64,000 nt of DNA from Eledone cirrhosa (Eukaryota). Under the pieces are notes generated by a model. It did not search any database and had not been told where the DNA came from. It saw only the letters and a program-made list of their open reading frames with translations. Each line of letters starts with the position of its first letter. Position 1 is the stretch's first letter. Location of the stretch: positions 190,898,001 to 190,962,000 of the forward strand of contig OZ024741.1 in NCBI GenBank assembly GCA_964016885.1, read 5' to 3'. Of this stretch, positions 15,001-30,000 are shown piece by piece. The position numbers were made by a program, and so were the translations under genes.

Positions 15001-18000
15001 TATATATGTTACCTGGTAGTTGGTCTGGATGGTAAAGTGTCATATAAGTTACCTGGTGGTTTGTCTGGATGGTAAAGTGTCATATATGTTACCTGGTGGT
15101 TTGTCTGGATGGTAAAGTGTCATATATGTTACCTGGTGGTTTGTCTGGATGGTAAAGTGTCATATATGTTACCTGGTGGTTCGTCTGGATTGTAAAGTGT
15201 CATATATGTTACCTGGTAGTTTGTCTGGATGGTTAAGTTACCTGGTGGTTTGTCTGAATGGTAAAGTGTTATATATGTTACCTGGTAGTTTGTCTGGATG
15301 GTAAAGTTACCTGGTAGTTTGTCTGGATGGTAAAGTTACCTGGTGGTTTGTCTGGAAGGTAAAGTGTCATATAAGTTACCTGGTAGTTTGTCTGGATGGT
15401 AAAGTTACCTGGTAGTTTGTCTGGATGGTAAAGTGTTATATACGTTACCTGGTAGTTTGTCTGGATGGTAAAGTGTCATATAAGTTACCTGGTGGATTGT
15501 CTGGATGGTAAAGTGTCATATATGTTACCTGGTGGTTTGTCTGGATGGTAAAGTGTCATATATGTTACCTGGTGGTTTGTCTGGATGGTAAAGTGTCATA
15601 TATGTTACCTGGTAGTTTGTCTGGATGATAAAGTGTTATATATGTTACCTGGTGGTTTGTCTGAATGGTAAAGTTACCTGGTGGTTTGTCTGGATGGTAA
15701 AGTGTTATATATCTTACCTGTTAGTTTGTCTGGATGGTAAAGTTACCTGGTAGTTTGTCTGGATGGTAAAGTTACCTGGTGGTTTGTCTGGAAGGTAAAG
15801 TGTCATATAAGTTACCTGGTAGTTTGTCTGGATGGTAAAGTTACCTGGTAGTTTGTCTGGATGGTAAAGTGTTATATATGTTACCTGTTGGTTTGTCTGG
15901 ATGTTAAAGTGTCATACATGTTACCTGGTGGTTTGTCTGGATGGTAAAGTGTCATACATTTTACCTGGTGGGTTGTCTGGATGGTAAAGTGTTATATATG
16001 TTACCTGGTAGTTTGTCTGGATGGTAAAGTGTCATATAAGTTACCTGGTGGTTTGTCTGGATGGTAAAGTGTCATATATGTTACCTGGTGGTTTGTCTGG
16101 ATGGTAAAGTGTCATATATGTTACCTGGTAGTTTGTCTGGATGGTAAAGTGTTATATATGTTACCTGGTGGTTTGTCTGGATGGTAAAGTGTCATATATG
16201 TTACCTGGTAGTTTGTCTGGATGGTAAAGTGTCATATATGTTACCTGGTAGTTTGTCTGGATGGTAAAGTGTCATATATGTTACCTGGTAGTTTGTCTGG
16301 ATGGTAAAGTGTCATATATGTTACCTGGTAGTTTTTCTGGATGGTAAAGTGTCATATATGTTACCTGGTGGTTTGTCTGGATGGTAAAGTGTCATATATG
16401 TTACCTGGTGGTTCGTCTGGATGGTAAAGTGTCATATATGTTACCTGGTAGTTTGTCTGGATGGTTAAGTTACCTGGTGGTTTGTCTGAATGGTAAAGTG
16501 TTATATATGTTACCTGGTAGTTTGTCTGGATGGTAAAGTTACCTGGTAGTTTGTCTGGATGGTAAAGTTACCTGGTGGTTTGTCTGGAAGGTAAAGTGTC
16601 ATATAAGTTACCTGGTAGTTTGTCTGGATGGTAAAGTTACCTGGTAGTTTGTCTGGATGGTAAAGTGTTATATATGTTACCTGGTAGTTTGTCTGGATGG
16701 TAAAGTGTCATATAAGTTACCTGGTGGTTTGTCTGGATGGTAAAGTGTCATATATGTTACCTGGTGGTTTGTCTGGATGGTAAAGTGTCATATATGTTAC
16801 CTGGTGGTTTGTCTGGATGGTAAAGTGTCATATATGTTACCTGGTAGTTTGTCTGGATGATAAAGTGTTATATATGTTACCTGGTGGTTTGTCTGAATGG
16901 TAAAGTTACCTGGTGGTTTGTCTGGATGGTAAAGTGTTATATATGTTACCTGGTAGTTTGTCTGGATGGTAAAGTTACATGGTAGTTTGTCTGGATGGTA
17001 AAGTTACCTGGTGGTTTGTCTGGAAGGTAAAGTGTCATATAAGTTACCTGGTAGTTTGTCTGGATGGTAAAGTTACCTGGTAGTTTGTCTGGATGGTAAA
17101 GTGTTATATATGTTACCTGTTGGTTTGTCTGGATGTTAAAGTGTCATACATGTTACCTGGTGGTTTGTCTGGATGGTAAAGTGTCATACATGTTACCTGG
17201 TGGGTTGTCTGGATGGTAAAGTGTTATATATGTTACCTGGTAGTTTGTCTGGATGGTAAAGTGTCATATAAGTTATCTGGTGGTTTGTCTGGATGGTAAA
17301 GTGTCATATATGTTACCTGGTGGTTTGTCTGGATGGTAAAGTGTCATATATGTTACCTGGTAGTTTGTCTGGATGGTAAAGTGTTATATATGTTACCTGG
17401 TGGTTTGTCTGGATGGTAAAGTGTCATATATGTTACCTGGTAGTTTGTCTGGATGGTAAAGTGTCATATATGTTACCTGGTAGTTTGTCTGGATGGTAAA
17501 GTGTCATATATGTTACCTGGTGGTTTGTCTGAATGGTAAAGTGTTATATATGTTACTTGGTAGTTTGTCTGGATGGTAAAGTTACCTGGTAGTTTGTCTG
17601 GATGGTAAAGTTACCTGTTGGTTTGTCTGGAAGGTAAAGTGTTATATAAGTTACCTGGTAGTTTGTCTGGATGGTAAAGTTACCTGGTAGTTTGTCTGGA
17701 TGGTAAAGTTACCTGGTAGTTTGTCTGGATGGTAAAGTGTTATATATGTTACCTGGTAGTTTGTCTGGATGGTAAAGTGTCATATAAGTTACCTGGTGGT
17801 TTGTCTGGATGGTAAAGTGTCATATATGTTACCTGGTGGTTTGTCTGGATGGTAAAGTGTCATATATGTTACCTGGTGGTTTGTCTGGATGGTAAAGTGT
17901 CATATATGTTACCTGGTAGTTTGTCTGGATGATAAAGTGTTATATATGTTACCTGGTGGTTTGTCTGAATGGTAAAGTTACCTGGTGGTTTGTCTGGATG

Positions 18001-21000
18001 GTAAAGTGTTATATATGTTACCTGGTAGTTTGTCTGGATGGTAAAGTTACCTGGTAGTTTGTCTGGATGGTAAAGTTACCTGGTGGTTTGTCTGGAAGGT
18101 AAAGTGTCATATAAGTTACCTGGTAGTTTGTCTGGATGGTAAAGTTACCTGGTAGTTTGTCTGGATGGTAAAGTGTTATATATGTTACCTGTTGGTTTGT
18201 CTGGATGTTAAAGTGTCATACATGTTACCTGGTGGTTTGTCTGGATGGTAAAGTGTCATACATGTTACCTGGTGGGTTGTCTGGATGGTAAAGTGTTATA
18301 TATGTTACCTGGTAGTTTGTCTGGATGGTAAAGTATCATATAAGTTACCTGGTGGTTTGTCTGGATGGTAAAGTGTCATATATGTTACCTGGTGGTTTGT
18401 CTGGATGGTAAAGTGTCATATATGTTACCTGGTAGTTTGTCTGGATGGTAAAGTGTTATATATGTTACCTGGTGGTTTGTCTGGATGGTAAAGTGTCATA
18501 TATGTTACCTGGTAGTTTGTCTGGATGGTAAAGTGTCATATATGTTACCTGGTAGTTTGTCTGGATGGTAAAGTGTCATATATGTTACCTGGTAGTTTGT
18601 CTGGATGGTAAAGTGTCATATATGTTACCTGGTAGTTTTTCTGGATGGTAAAGTGTCATATATGTTACCTGGTAGTTTGTCTGGATGGTAAAGTGTCATA
18701 TATGTTACCTGGTGGTTTGTCTGGATGGTAAAGTGTCATATAAGTTACCTGGTGGATTGTTTGGATGGTAAAGTGTTATATATGTTACCTGGTAGTTTTT
18801 CTGGATGGTAAAGTGTCATATATGTTACCTGGTAGTTTGTCTGGATGGTAAAGTGTCATACATGTTACCTGGTGGTTTGTCTGGATGGTAACGTTACCTG
18901 GTGGTTTGTCTGGATGGTAAAGTGTCATATATGTTACCTGGTGGTTTGTCTGGAAGGTAAAGTGTCATATAAGTTACCTGATAGTTTGTCTGGATGGTAA
19001 AGTGTCTTATATGTTACCTGGTAGTTTGTCTGGATGGTAAAGTGTCATATATGTTACCTGGTGGTTTGTCTGGAAGGTAAAGTGTCATATAAGTTACCTG
19101 GTAGTTTGTCTGGATGGTAAAGTTACCTGGTGGTTTGTCTGGAATGTAAAGTGTCATATATGTTACCTGGTGGTTTGTCTGGATGGTAAAGTGTCATATA
19201 TGTTACCTGGTGGTTTGTCTGGATGGTAAAGTGTCATATATGTTACCTGGTGGTTTGTTTGGATGGTAAAGTGTCATACATGTTACCTGGTGGTTTGTCT
19301 GTATGGTAAAGTGTCATATATGTTACCTGGTGGTTTGTCTGGATGGTAAAGTGTCATATATGTTACCTGGTGGTTTGTCTGGATGGTAAAGTGTCATATA
19401 TGTTACCTGGTGGTTTGTCTGGATGGTAAAGTGTTATATATGTTACCTGGTAGTTTGTCTGGATGGTAAAGTGTCATATATGTTACCCGGTGGTTTGTCT
19501 GGATGGTAAAGTGTTATATATGTTACCTGGTAGTTTGTCTGGATGGTAAAGTGTCATATATGTTACCTGGTGGTTTGTCTGGATGGTAAAGTGTCATATA
19601 TGTTACCTGGTGGTTTGTCTGGATGGTAAAGTGTCATATATGTTACCTGGTGGTTTGTCTGGATGGTAAAGTGTCATATATGTTACCTGGTAGTTTGTCT
19701 GGATGGTTAAGTTACCTGGTGGTTTGTCTGGATGGTAAAGTGTCATATATGTTACCTGGTGGTTTGTCTGGATGGTAAAGTGTCATATATGTTACCTGGT
19801 AGTTTGTCTGGATGGTAAAGTGTTATATATGTTACCTGGTGGTTTGTCTGAATGGTAAAGTTACCTGGTGGTTTGTCTGGATGGTAAAGTGTTATATATG
19901 TTACCTGGTAGTTTGTCTGGATGGTAAAGTTACCTGGTAGTTTGTCTGGATGGTAAAGTTACCTGGTGGTTTGTCTGGAAGGTAAAGTGTCATATAAGTT
20001 ACCTGGTAGTTTGTCTGGATGGTAAAGTTACCTGGTAGTTTGTCTGGATGGTAAAGTGTTATATATGTTACCTGTTGGTTTGTCTGGATGTTAAAGTGTC
20101 ATACATGTTACCTGGTGGTTTGTCTGGATGGTAAAGTGTCATACATGTTACCTGGTGGGTTGTCTGGATGGTAAAGTGTTATATATGTTACCTGGTAGTT
20201 TGTCTGGATGGTAAAGTGTCATATAAGTTACCTGGTGGTTTGTCTGGATGGTAAAGTGTCATATATGTTACCTGGTGGTTTGTCTGGATGGTAAAGTGTC
20301 ATATATGTTACCTGGTAGTTTGTCTGGATGGTAAAGTGTTATATATGTTACCTGGTGGTTTGTCTGGATGGTAAATTGTCATATATGTTACCTGGTAGTT
20401 TGTCTGGATGGTAAAGTGTCATACATGTTACCTGGTGCTTTGTCTGGATGGTAAAGTGTTATATATGTTACCTCGTAGTCTGTCTGGATGGTAAAGTGTC
20501 ATATAAGTTACCTGGTGGTTTGTCTGGAAGGTAAAGTGTCATATATGTTACCTAGTGGGCTGTCTGGATGGTAAAGTGTCATATATGTTACCTGGTGGTT
20601 TGTCTGGATGGTAAAGTGTCATATATGTTACCTGGTGGTTTGTCTGGATGGTAAAGTGTCATATATGTTACCTGGTGGTTTGTCTGGATGGTAAAGTGTC
20701 ATATAAGTTACCTGGTGGTTTGTTTGGATGGTAAAGTGTTATATATGTTACCTGGTAGTTTTTCTGGATGGTAAAGTGTCATATATGTTACCTGGTGGTT
20801 TGTCTGGATGGTAAAGTGTCATACATTTTACCTGGTGGTTTGTCTGGATGGTAAAGTTACCTGGTGGTTTGTCTGGATGGTAAAGGGTCATATATGTTAC
20901 CTTGCGGTTTGTCTGGAAGGTAATGTGTCATATAAGTTACCTGATAGTTTGTCTGGATGGTAAAGTGTCATATATGTTACCTGGTGGTTTGTCTGGATGG

Positions 21001-24000
21001 TAAAGTGTCATATATATTACCTGGTGGTTTGTCTGGAAGGTAAAGTGTCATATAAGTTACCTGGTAGTTTGTCTGGATGGTAAAGTTACCTGGTGGTTTG
21101 TCTGGAAGGTAAAGTGTCATATATATTACCTGGTGGTTTGTCTGGCTGGTAAAGTGTCATATATGTTACCTGGTGGTTTGTCTGGATGGTAAAGTGTCAT
21201 ATATGTTACCTGGTGGTTTGTTTGGATGGTAAAGTGTCATACATGTTACCTGGTGGTTTGTCTGTATGGTAAAGTGTCATATATGTTACCTGGTGGTTTG
21301 TCTGGATGGTAAAGTGTCATATATGTTACCTGGTGGTTTGTCTGGATGGTAAAGTGTCATATATGTTACCTGGTGGTTTGTCTGGATGGTAAAGTGTCAT
21401 ATATGTTACCTGGTGGTTTGTCTGGATGGTAAAGTGTTATATATGTTACCTGGTAGTTTGTCTGGATGGTAAAGTGTCATATATGTTACCTGGTGGTTTG
21501 TCTGGATGGTAAAGTGTTATATATGTTACCTGGTGGTTTGTCTGGATGGTAAAGTGTTATATATGTTACCTGGTAGTTGGTCTGGATGGTAAAGTGTCAT
21601 ATAAGTTACCTGGTGGTTTGTCTGGATGGTAAAGTGTCATATATGTTACCTGGTGGTTTGTCTGGATGGTAAAGTGTCATATATGTTACCTGGTGGTTTG
21701 TCTGGATGGTAAAGTGTCATATATGTTACCTGGTGGTTCGTCTGGATGGTAAAGTGTCATATATGTTACCTGGTAGTTTGTCTGGATGGTTAAGTTACCT
21801 GGTGGTTTGTCTGAATGGTAATGTGTTATATATGTTACCTGGTAGTTTGTCTGGATGGTAAAGTTACCTGGTAGTTTGTCTGGATGGTAAAGTTACCTGG
21901 TGGTTTGTCTGGAAGGTAAAGTGTCATATAAGTTACCTGGTAGTTTGTCTGGATGGTAAAGTTACCTGGTAGTTTGTCTGGATGGTAAAGTGTTATATAT
22001 GTTACCTGGTAGTTTGTCTGGATGGTAAAGTGTCATATAAGTTACCTGGTGGTTTGTCTGGATGGTAAAGTGTCATATATGTTACCTGGTGGTTTGTCTG
22101 GATGGTAAAGTGTCATATATGTTACCTGGTGGTTTGTCTGGATGGTAAAGTGTCATATATGTTACCTGGTAGTTTGTCTGGATGATAAAGTGTTATATAT
22201 GTTACCTGGTGGTTTGTCTGAATGGTAAAGTTACCTGGTGGTTTGTCTGGATGGTAAAGTGTTATATATGTTACCTGTTAGTTTGTCTGGATGGTAAAGT
22301 TACCTGGTAGTTTGTCTGGATGGTAAAGTTACCTGGTGGTTTGTCTGGAAGGTAAAGTGTCATATAAGTTACCTGGTAGTTTGTCTGGATGGTAAAGTTA
22401 CCTGGTAGTTTGTCTGGATGGTAAAGTGTTATATATGTTACCTGTTGGTTTGTCTGGATGTTAAAGTGTCATACATGTTACCTGGTGGTTTGTCTGGATG
22501 GTAAAGTGTCATACATTTTACCTGGTGGGTTGTCTGGATGGTAAAGTGTTATATATGTTACCTGGTAGTTTGTCTGGATGGTAAAGTGTCATATAAGTTA
22601 CCTGGTGGTTTGTCTGGATGGTAAAGTGTCATATATGTTACCTGGTGGTTTGTCTGGATGGTAAAGTGTCATATATGTTACCTGGTAGTTTGTCTGGATG
22701 GTAAAGTGTTATATATGTTACCTGGTGGTTTGTCTGGATGGTAAAGTGTCATATATGTTACCTGGTTAGTTTGTCTGGATGGTAAAGTGTCATATATGTT
22801 ACCTGGTAGTTTGTCTGGATGGTAAAGTGTCATATATGTTACCTGGTAGTTTGTCTGGATGGTAAAGTGTCATATATGTTACCTGGTAGTTTTTCTGGAT
22901 GGTAAAGTGTCATATATGTTACCTGGTGGTTTGTCTGGATGGTAAAGTGTCATATATGTTACCTGGTGGTTCGTCTGGATGGTAAAGTGTCATATATGTT
23001 ACCTGGTAGTTTGTCTGGATGGTTAAGTTACCTGGTGGTTTGTCTGAATGGTAAAGTGTTATATATGTTACCTGGTAGTTTGTCTGGATGGTAAAGTTAC
23101 CTGGTAGTTTGTCTGGATGGTAAAGTTACCTGGTGGTTTGTCTGGAAGGTAAAGTGTCATATAAGTTACCTGGTAGTTTGTCTGGATGGTAAAGTTACCT
23201 GGTAGTTTGTCTGGATGGTAAAGTGTTATATATGTTACCTGGTAGTTTGTCTGGATGGTAAAGTGTCATATAAGTTACCTGGTGGTTTGTCTGGATGGTA
23301 AAGTGTCATATATGTTACCTGGTGGTTTGTCTGGATGGTAAAGTGTCATATATGTTACCTGGTGGTTTGTCTGGATGGTAAAGTGTCATATATGTTACCT
23401 GGTAGTTTGTCTGGATGATAAAGTGTTATATATGTTACCTGGTGGTTTGTCTGAATGGTAAAGTTACCTGGTGGTTTGTCTGGATGGTAAAGTGTTATAT
23501 ATGTTACCTGGTAGTTTGTCTGGATGGTAAAGTTACATGGTAGTTTGTCTGGATGGTAAAGTTACCTGGTGGTTTGTCTGGAAGGTAAAGTGTCATATAA
23601 GTTACCTGGTAGTTTGTCTGGATGGTAAAGTTACCTGGTAGTTTGTCTGGATGGTAAAGTGTTATATATGTTACCTGTTGGTTTGTCTGGATGTTAAAGT
23701 GTCATACATGTTACCTGGTGGTTTGTCTGGATGGTAAAGTGTCATACATGTTACCTGGTGGGTTGTCTGGATGGTAAAGTGTTATATATGTTACCTGGTA
23801 GTTTGTCTGGATGGTAAAGTGTCATATAAGTTATCTGGTGGTTTGTCTGGATGGTAAAGTGTCATATATGTTACCTGGTGGTTTGTCTGGATGGTAAAGT
23901 GTCATATATGTTACCTGGTAGTTTGTCTGGATGGTAAAGTGTTATATATGTTACCTGGTGGTTTGTCTGGATGGTAAAGTGTCATATATGTTACCTGGTA

Positions 24001-27000
24001 GTTTGTCTGGATGGTAAAGTGTCATATATGTTACCTGGTAGTTTGTCTGGATGGTAAAGTGTCATATATGTTACCTGGTAGTTTGTCTGGATGGTAAAGT
24101 GTCATATATGTTACCTGGTAGTTTTTCTGGATGGTAAAGTGTCGTATATGTTACCTGGTAGTTTGTCTGGATGGTAAAGTGTCATATATGTTACCTGGTG
24201 GTTTGTCTGGATGGTAAAGTGTCATATAAGTTACCTGGTGGATTGTTTGGATGGTAAAGTGTTCTATATGTTACCTGGTAGTTTTTCTGGATGGTAAAGT
24301 GTCATATATGTTACCTGGTAGTTTGTCTGGATGGTAAAGTGTCATACATGTTACCTGGTGGTTTGTCTGGATGGTAAAGTTACCTGGTGGTTTGTCTGGA
24401 TGGTAAAGTGTCATATATGTTACCTGGTGGTTTGTCTGGAAGGTAAAGTGTCATATAAGTTACCTGATAGTTTGTCTGGATGGTAAAGTGTCATATATGT
24501 TACCTGGTGGTTTGTCTGGATGGTAAAGTGTCATATATGTTACCTGGTGGTTTGTCTGGAAGGTAAAGTGTCATATAAGTTACCTGGTAGTTTGTCTGGA
24601 TGGTAAAGTTACCTGGTGGTTTGTCTGGAATGTAAAGTGTCATATATGTTACCTGGTGGTTTGTCTTGATGGTAAAGTGTCATATATGTTACCTGGTGGT
24701 TTGTCTGGATGGTAAAGTGTCATATATGTTACCTGGTGGTTTGTTTGGATGGTAAAGTGTCATACATGTTACCTGGTGGTTTGTCTGTATGGTAAAGTGT
24801 CATATATGTTACCTGGTGGTTTGTCTGGATGGTAAAGTGTCATATATGTTACCTGGTGGTTTGTCTGGATGGTAAAGTGTCATATATGTTACCTGGTGGT
24901 TTGTCTGGATGGTAAAGTGTTATATATGTTACCTGGTAGTTTGTCTGGATGGTAAAGCGTCATATATGTTACCCGCTGGTTTGTCTGGATGGTAAAGTGT
25001 TATATATGTTACCTGGTAGTTTGTCTGGATGGTAAAGTGTCATATATGTTACCTGGTGGTTTGTCTGGATGGTAAAGTGTCATATATGTTACCTGGTGGT
25101 TTGTCTGGATGGTAAAGTGTCATATATGTTACCTGGTGGTTTGTCTGGATGGTAAAGTGTCATATATGTTACCTGGTAGTTTGTCTGGATGGTAAAGTGT
25201 TATATATGTTACCTGGTGGTTTGTCTGAATGGTAAAGTTACCTGGTGGTTTGTCTGGATAGTAAAGTGTTATATATGTTACCTGGTAGTTTGACTGGATG
25301 GTAAAGTTACCTGGTAGTTTGTCTGGATGGTAAAGTTACCTGGTGGTTTGTCTGGAAGGTAAAGTGTCATATAAGTTACCTGGTAGTTTGTCTGGATGGT
25401 AAAGTTACCTGGTAATTTGTCTGGATGGTAAAGTGTTATATATGTTACCTGTTGGTTTTTCTGGATGTTAAAGTGTCATACATGTTACCTGGTGGTTTGT
25501 CTGGATGGTAAAGTGTCATACATGTTACCTGGTGGGTTGTCTGGATGGTAAAGTGTTATATATGTTACCTGGTAGTTTGTCTGGATGGTAAAGTGTCATA
25601 TAAGTTACCTGGTGGTTTGTCTGGATGGTAAAGTGTCATATATGTTACCTGGTGGTTTGTCTGGATGGTAAAGTGTCATATATGTTACCTGGTAGTTTGT
25701 CTGGATGGTAAAGTGTTATATATGTTACCTGGTGGTTTGTCTGGATGGTAAATTGTCATATATGTTACCTGGTAGTTTGTCTGGATGGTAAAGTGTCATA
25801 CATGTTACCTGGTGCTTTGTCTGGATGGTAAAGTTACCTGGTGGTTTGTCTGGATGGTAAAGTGTCATATATGTTACCTGGTGGTTTGTCTGGAAGGTAA
25901 AGTGTCATATAAGTTACCTGATAGTTTGTCTGGATGGTAAAGTGTCATATATGTTACCTGGTGGTTTGTCTGGATGGTAAGGTGTCATATATGTTACCTG
26001 GTGGTTTGTCTGGAAGGTAAAGTGTCATATAAGTTACCTGGTAGTATGTCTGGATGGTAAAGTTACCTGGTGGTTTGTCTGGAATGTAAAGTGTCATATA
26101 TGTTACCTGGTGGTTTGTCTGGATGGTAAAGTGTCATATATGTTACCTGGTGGTTTGTCTGGATGGTAAAGTGTCATATATGTTACCTGGTGGTTTGTTT
26201 GGATGGTAAAGTGTCATACATGTTACCTGGTGGTTTGTCTGTATGGTAAAGTGTCATATATGTTACCTGGTGGTTTGTCTGGATGGTAAAGTGTTATATA
26301 TGTTACCTGGTAGTTTGTCTGGATGGTAAAGTGTCATATATGTTACCCGTTGGTTTGTCTGGATGGTAAAGTGTTATATATGTTACCTGGTAGTTTGTCT
26401 GGATGGTAAAGTGTCATATATGTTACCTGGTGGTTTGTCTGGATGGTAAAGTGTCATATATGTTACCTGGTGGTTTGTCTGGATGGTAAAGTGTCATATA
26501 TGTTACCTGGTGGTTTGTCTGGATGGTAAAGTGTCATATATGTTACCTGGTAGTTTGTCTGGATGGTTAAGTTACCTGGTGGTTTGTCTGGATGGTAAAG
26601 TGTCATATATGTTACCTGGTGGTTTGTCTGGATGGTAAAGTGTCATATATGTTACCTGGTAGTTTGTCTGGATGGTAAAGTGTTATATATGTTACCTTGT
26701 GGTTTGTCTGGATGGTAAAGTTACCTGCTGGTTTGTCTGGATGGTAAAGTGTTATATATGTTACCTGGTAGTTTGTCTGGATGGTAAAGTTACCTGGTAG
26801 TTTGTCTGGATGGTAAAGTTACCTGGTGGTTTGTCTGGAAGGTAAAGTGTCATATATGTTACCTGGTAGTTTGTCTGGATGGTAAATTTACCTGGTAGTT
26901 TGTCTGGATGGTAAAGTTACCTGGTGGTTTGTCTGGATGGTAAAGTGTTATATATGTTACCTGGTAGTTTGTCTGGATGGTAAAGTGTTATATATGTTAC

Positions 27001-30000
27001 CTGTTGGTTTGTCTGGATGTTAAAGTGTCATACATGTTACCTGGTGGTTTGTCTGGATGGTAAAGTGTCATACATGTTACCTGGTGGCTTGTCTGGATGG
27101 TAAAGTTTTATATATGTTACCTGGTGGTTTGTCTGGATGGTAAAGTGTCATATATGTTACCTGGTGGTTTGTCTGGATGGTAAAGTGTCATATATGTTAC
27201 CTGGTGGTTTGTCTGGATGGTAAAGTGTCATATATGTTACCCGGTGGTTTGTCTGGATGGTAAAGGGTCATATATGTTACCTGGTAGTTTGTCTGGATGG
27301 TAAAGTGTTATATATTTTACCTGGTGGTTTGTCTGGTTGGTAAAGTGTCATATATGTTACCTGGTAGTTTGTCTGGATGGTAAAGTGTCATATATGTTAC
27401 CTGGTAGTTTGTCTGGATGGTAAAGTGTCATATATGTTACCTGGTAGTTTATCTGGATGGTAAAGTGTCATATATGTTAACTGGTAGTTTGTCTGGATGG
27501 TAAAATGTCATATATGTTACCTGGTAGTTTGTCTGGATGGTAAAGTGTCATATATGTTACCTGGTAGTTTGTCTGGATGGTAAAGTGTTACATATGTTAC
27601 CTGGTGGTTTGTCTGGATGGTAATGTGTCATTTATGTTACCTGGTGGTTTGTCTGGATGGTAAAGTTACCTGGTAGTTTGTCTGGATGGTAAAGTGTCAT
27701 ATATGTTACCTGGTAGTTTGTCTGGATGGTAAAGTGTCATATATGTTATCTGGTAGTTTGTCTGGATGGTAAAGTGTCATATATGTTACCTGGTAGTTTG
27801 TCTGGATGATAAAGAGTCATATATGTTACCTGGTAGTTTATCTGGATGGTAAAGTGTTATATATGTTACCTAGTGGTTTGTCTGGATGGTAAAGTTACCT
27901 GGTAGTTTGTCTGGATGTTAAAGTGTCATATAAGTTACCTCGTAGTTTGTCTGGATGGTAAAGTGTCATATATGTTACCTGGTGGTTTGTCTGGAAGGTA
28001 AAGTGTCATATATGTTACCTGGTGGTTTGTCTGGATGGTAAAGTGTTATATATGTTACCTCGTAGTTTGTCTGGATGGTAAAGTGTCATATAATTTACCT
28101 GGTGGTTTGTCTGGAATGGTAAAGTGTCATATATGTTACCTAGTGGGCTGTCTGGATGGTAAAGTGTCATATATGTTACTTGGTGGTTTGTCTGGATGGT
28201 AAAGTGTCATATATGTTACCTGGTGGTTTGTCTGGATGGTAAAGTGTCATATATGTTACCTGGTGGTTTGTCTGGATGGTAAAGTGTCATATAAGTTACC
28301 TGGTGGTTTGTTTGGATGGTAAAGTGTTATATATGTTACCTGGTAGTTTTTCTGGATGGTAAAGTGTCATATATGTTACCTGGTGGTTTGTCTGGATGGT
28401 AAAGTGTCATACATGTTACCTGGTGGTTTGTCTGGATGGTAAAGTTACCTGGTGGTTTGTCTGGATGGTAAAGGGTCATATATGTTACCTGGTGGTTTGT
28501 CAGGAAGGTAAAGTGTCATATAAGTTACCTGATAGTTTGTCTGGATGGTAAAGTGTCATATATGTTACCTGGTGGTTTGTCTGGATGGTAAAGTGTCATA
28601 TATGTTACCTGGTGGTTTGTCTGGAAGGTAAAGTGTCATATAAGTTACCTGGTAGTTTGTCTGGATGGTAAAGTTACTTGGTGGTTTGTCTGGAAGGTAA
28701 AGTGTCATATATGTTACCTGGTGGTTTGTCTGGATGGTAAAGTGTCATATATGTTACCTGGTGGTTTGTCTGGATGGTAAAGTGTCATATATGTTACCTG
28801 GTGGTTTGTTTGGATGGTAAAGTGTAATACATGTTACCTGGTGGTTTGTCTGTATGGTAAAGTGTCATATATGTTACCTGGTGGTTTGGCTGGATGGTAA
28901 AGTGTCATATATGTTACCTAGTGGTTTGTCTGGATGGTAAAGTGTCATATATGTTACCTGGTGGTTTGTCTGGATGGTAAAGTGTCATATATGTTACCTG
29001 GTGGTTTGTCTGGATGGTAAAGTGTCATATATGTTACCTGGTAGTTTGTCTGGATGGTTAAATTACCTGGTGGTTTGTCTGGATGGTAAAGTGTCATATA
29101 TGTTACCTGGTAGTTTGTCTGGATGGTAAAGTGTCATATAAGTTACCTGGTGGTTTGTCTGGATGGTAAAGTGTCATATATGTTACCTGGTGGTTTGTCT
29201 GGATGGCAAAGTGTCATATATGTTACCTGGTGGTTTGTCTGGATGGTAAAGTGTCATATATGTTACCTGGTAGTTTGTCTGGATGGTTAAGTTACCTGGT
29301 GGTTTGTCTGGATGGTAAAGTGTCATATATGTTACCTGGTGGTTTGTCTGGATGGTAAAGTGTCATATATGTTACCTGGTAGTTTGTCTGGATGGTAAAG
29401 TGTTATATATGTTACCTGGTGGTTTGTCTGGATGGTAAAGTTACCTGGTGGTTTGTCTGGATGGTAAAGTGTTATATATGTTACCTGGTAGTTTGTCTGG
29501 ATGGTAAAGTTACCTGGTAGTTTGTCTGGATGGTAAAGTTACCTGGTGGTTTGTCTGGATGGTAAAGTGTTATATATGTTACCTGGTAGTTTGTCTGGAT
29601 GGTAAAGTGTTATATATGTTACCTGTTGGTTTGTCTGGATGTTAAAGTGTCATACATGTTACCTGGTCGTTTGTCTGGATGGTAAAGTGTCATACATGTT
29701 ACCTGGTAGTTTGTCTGGATGGTAAAGTGTCATATAAGTTACCTGGTGGTTTGTCTGGATGGTAAAGTGTCATATATGTTACCTGGTAGTTTGTCTGGAT
29801 GGTAAAGTGTCATATATGTTACCTGGTAGTTTATCTGGATGGTAAAGTGTCATATATGTTACCTGGTGGTTTGTCTGGATGGTAAAGTGTCATATATGTT
29901 ACCTGGTGGTTTGTCTGGATGGTAAAGTGTCATATATGTTACCTGGTGGTTTGTCTGGATGGTAAAGTGTCATATAAGTTACCTGGTGGTTTGTTTGGAT

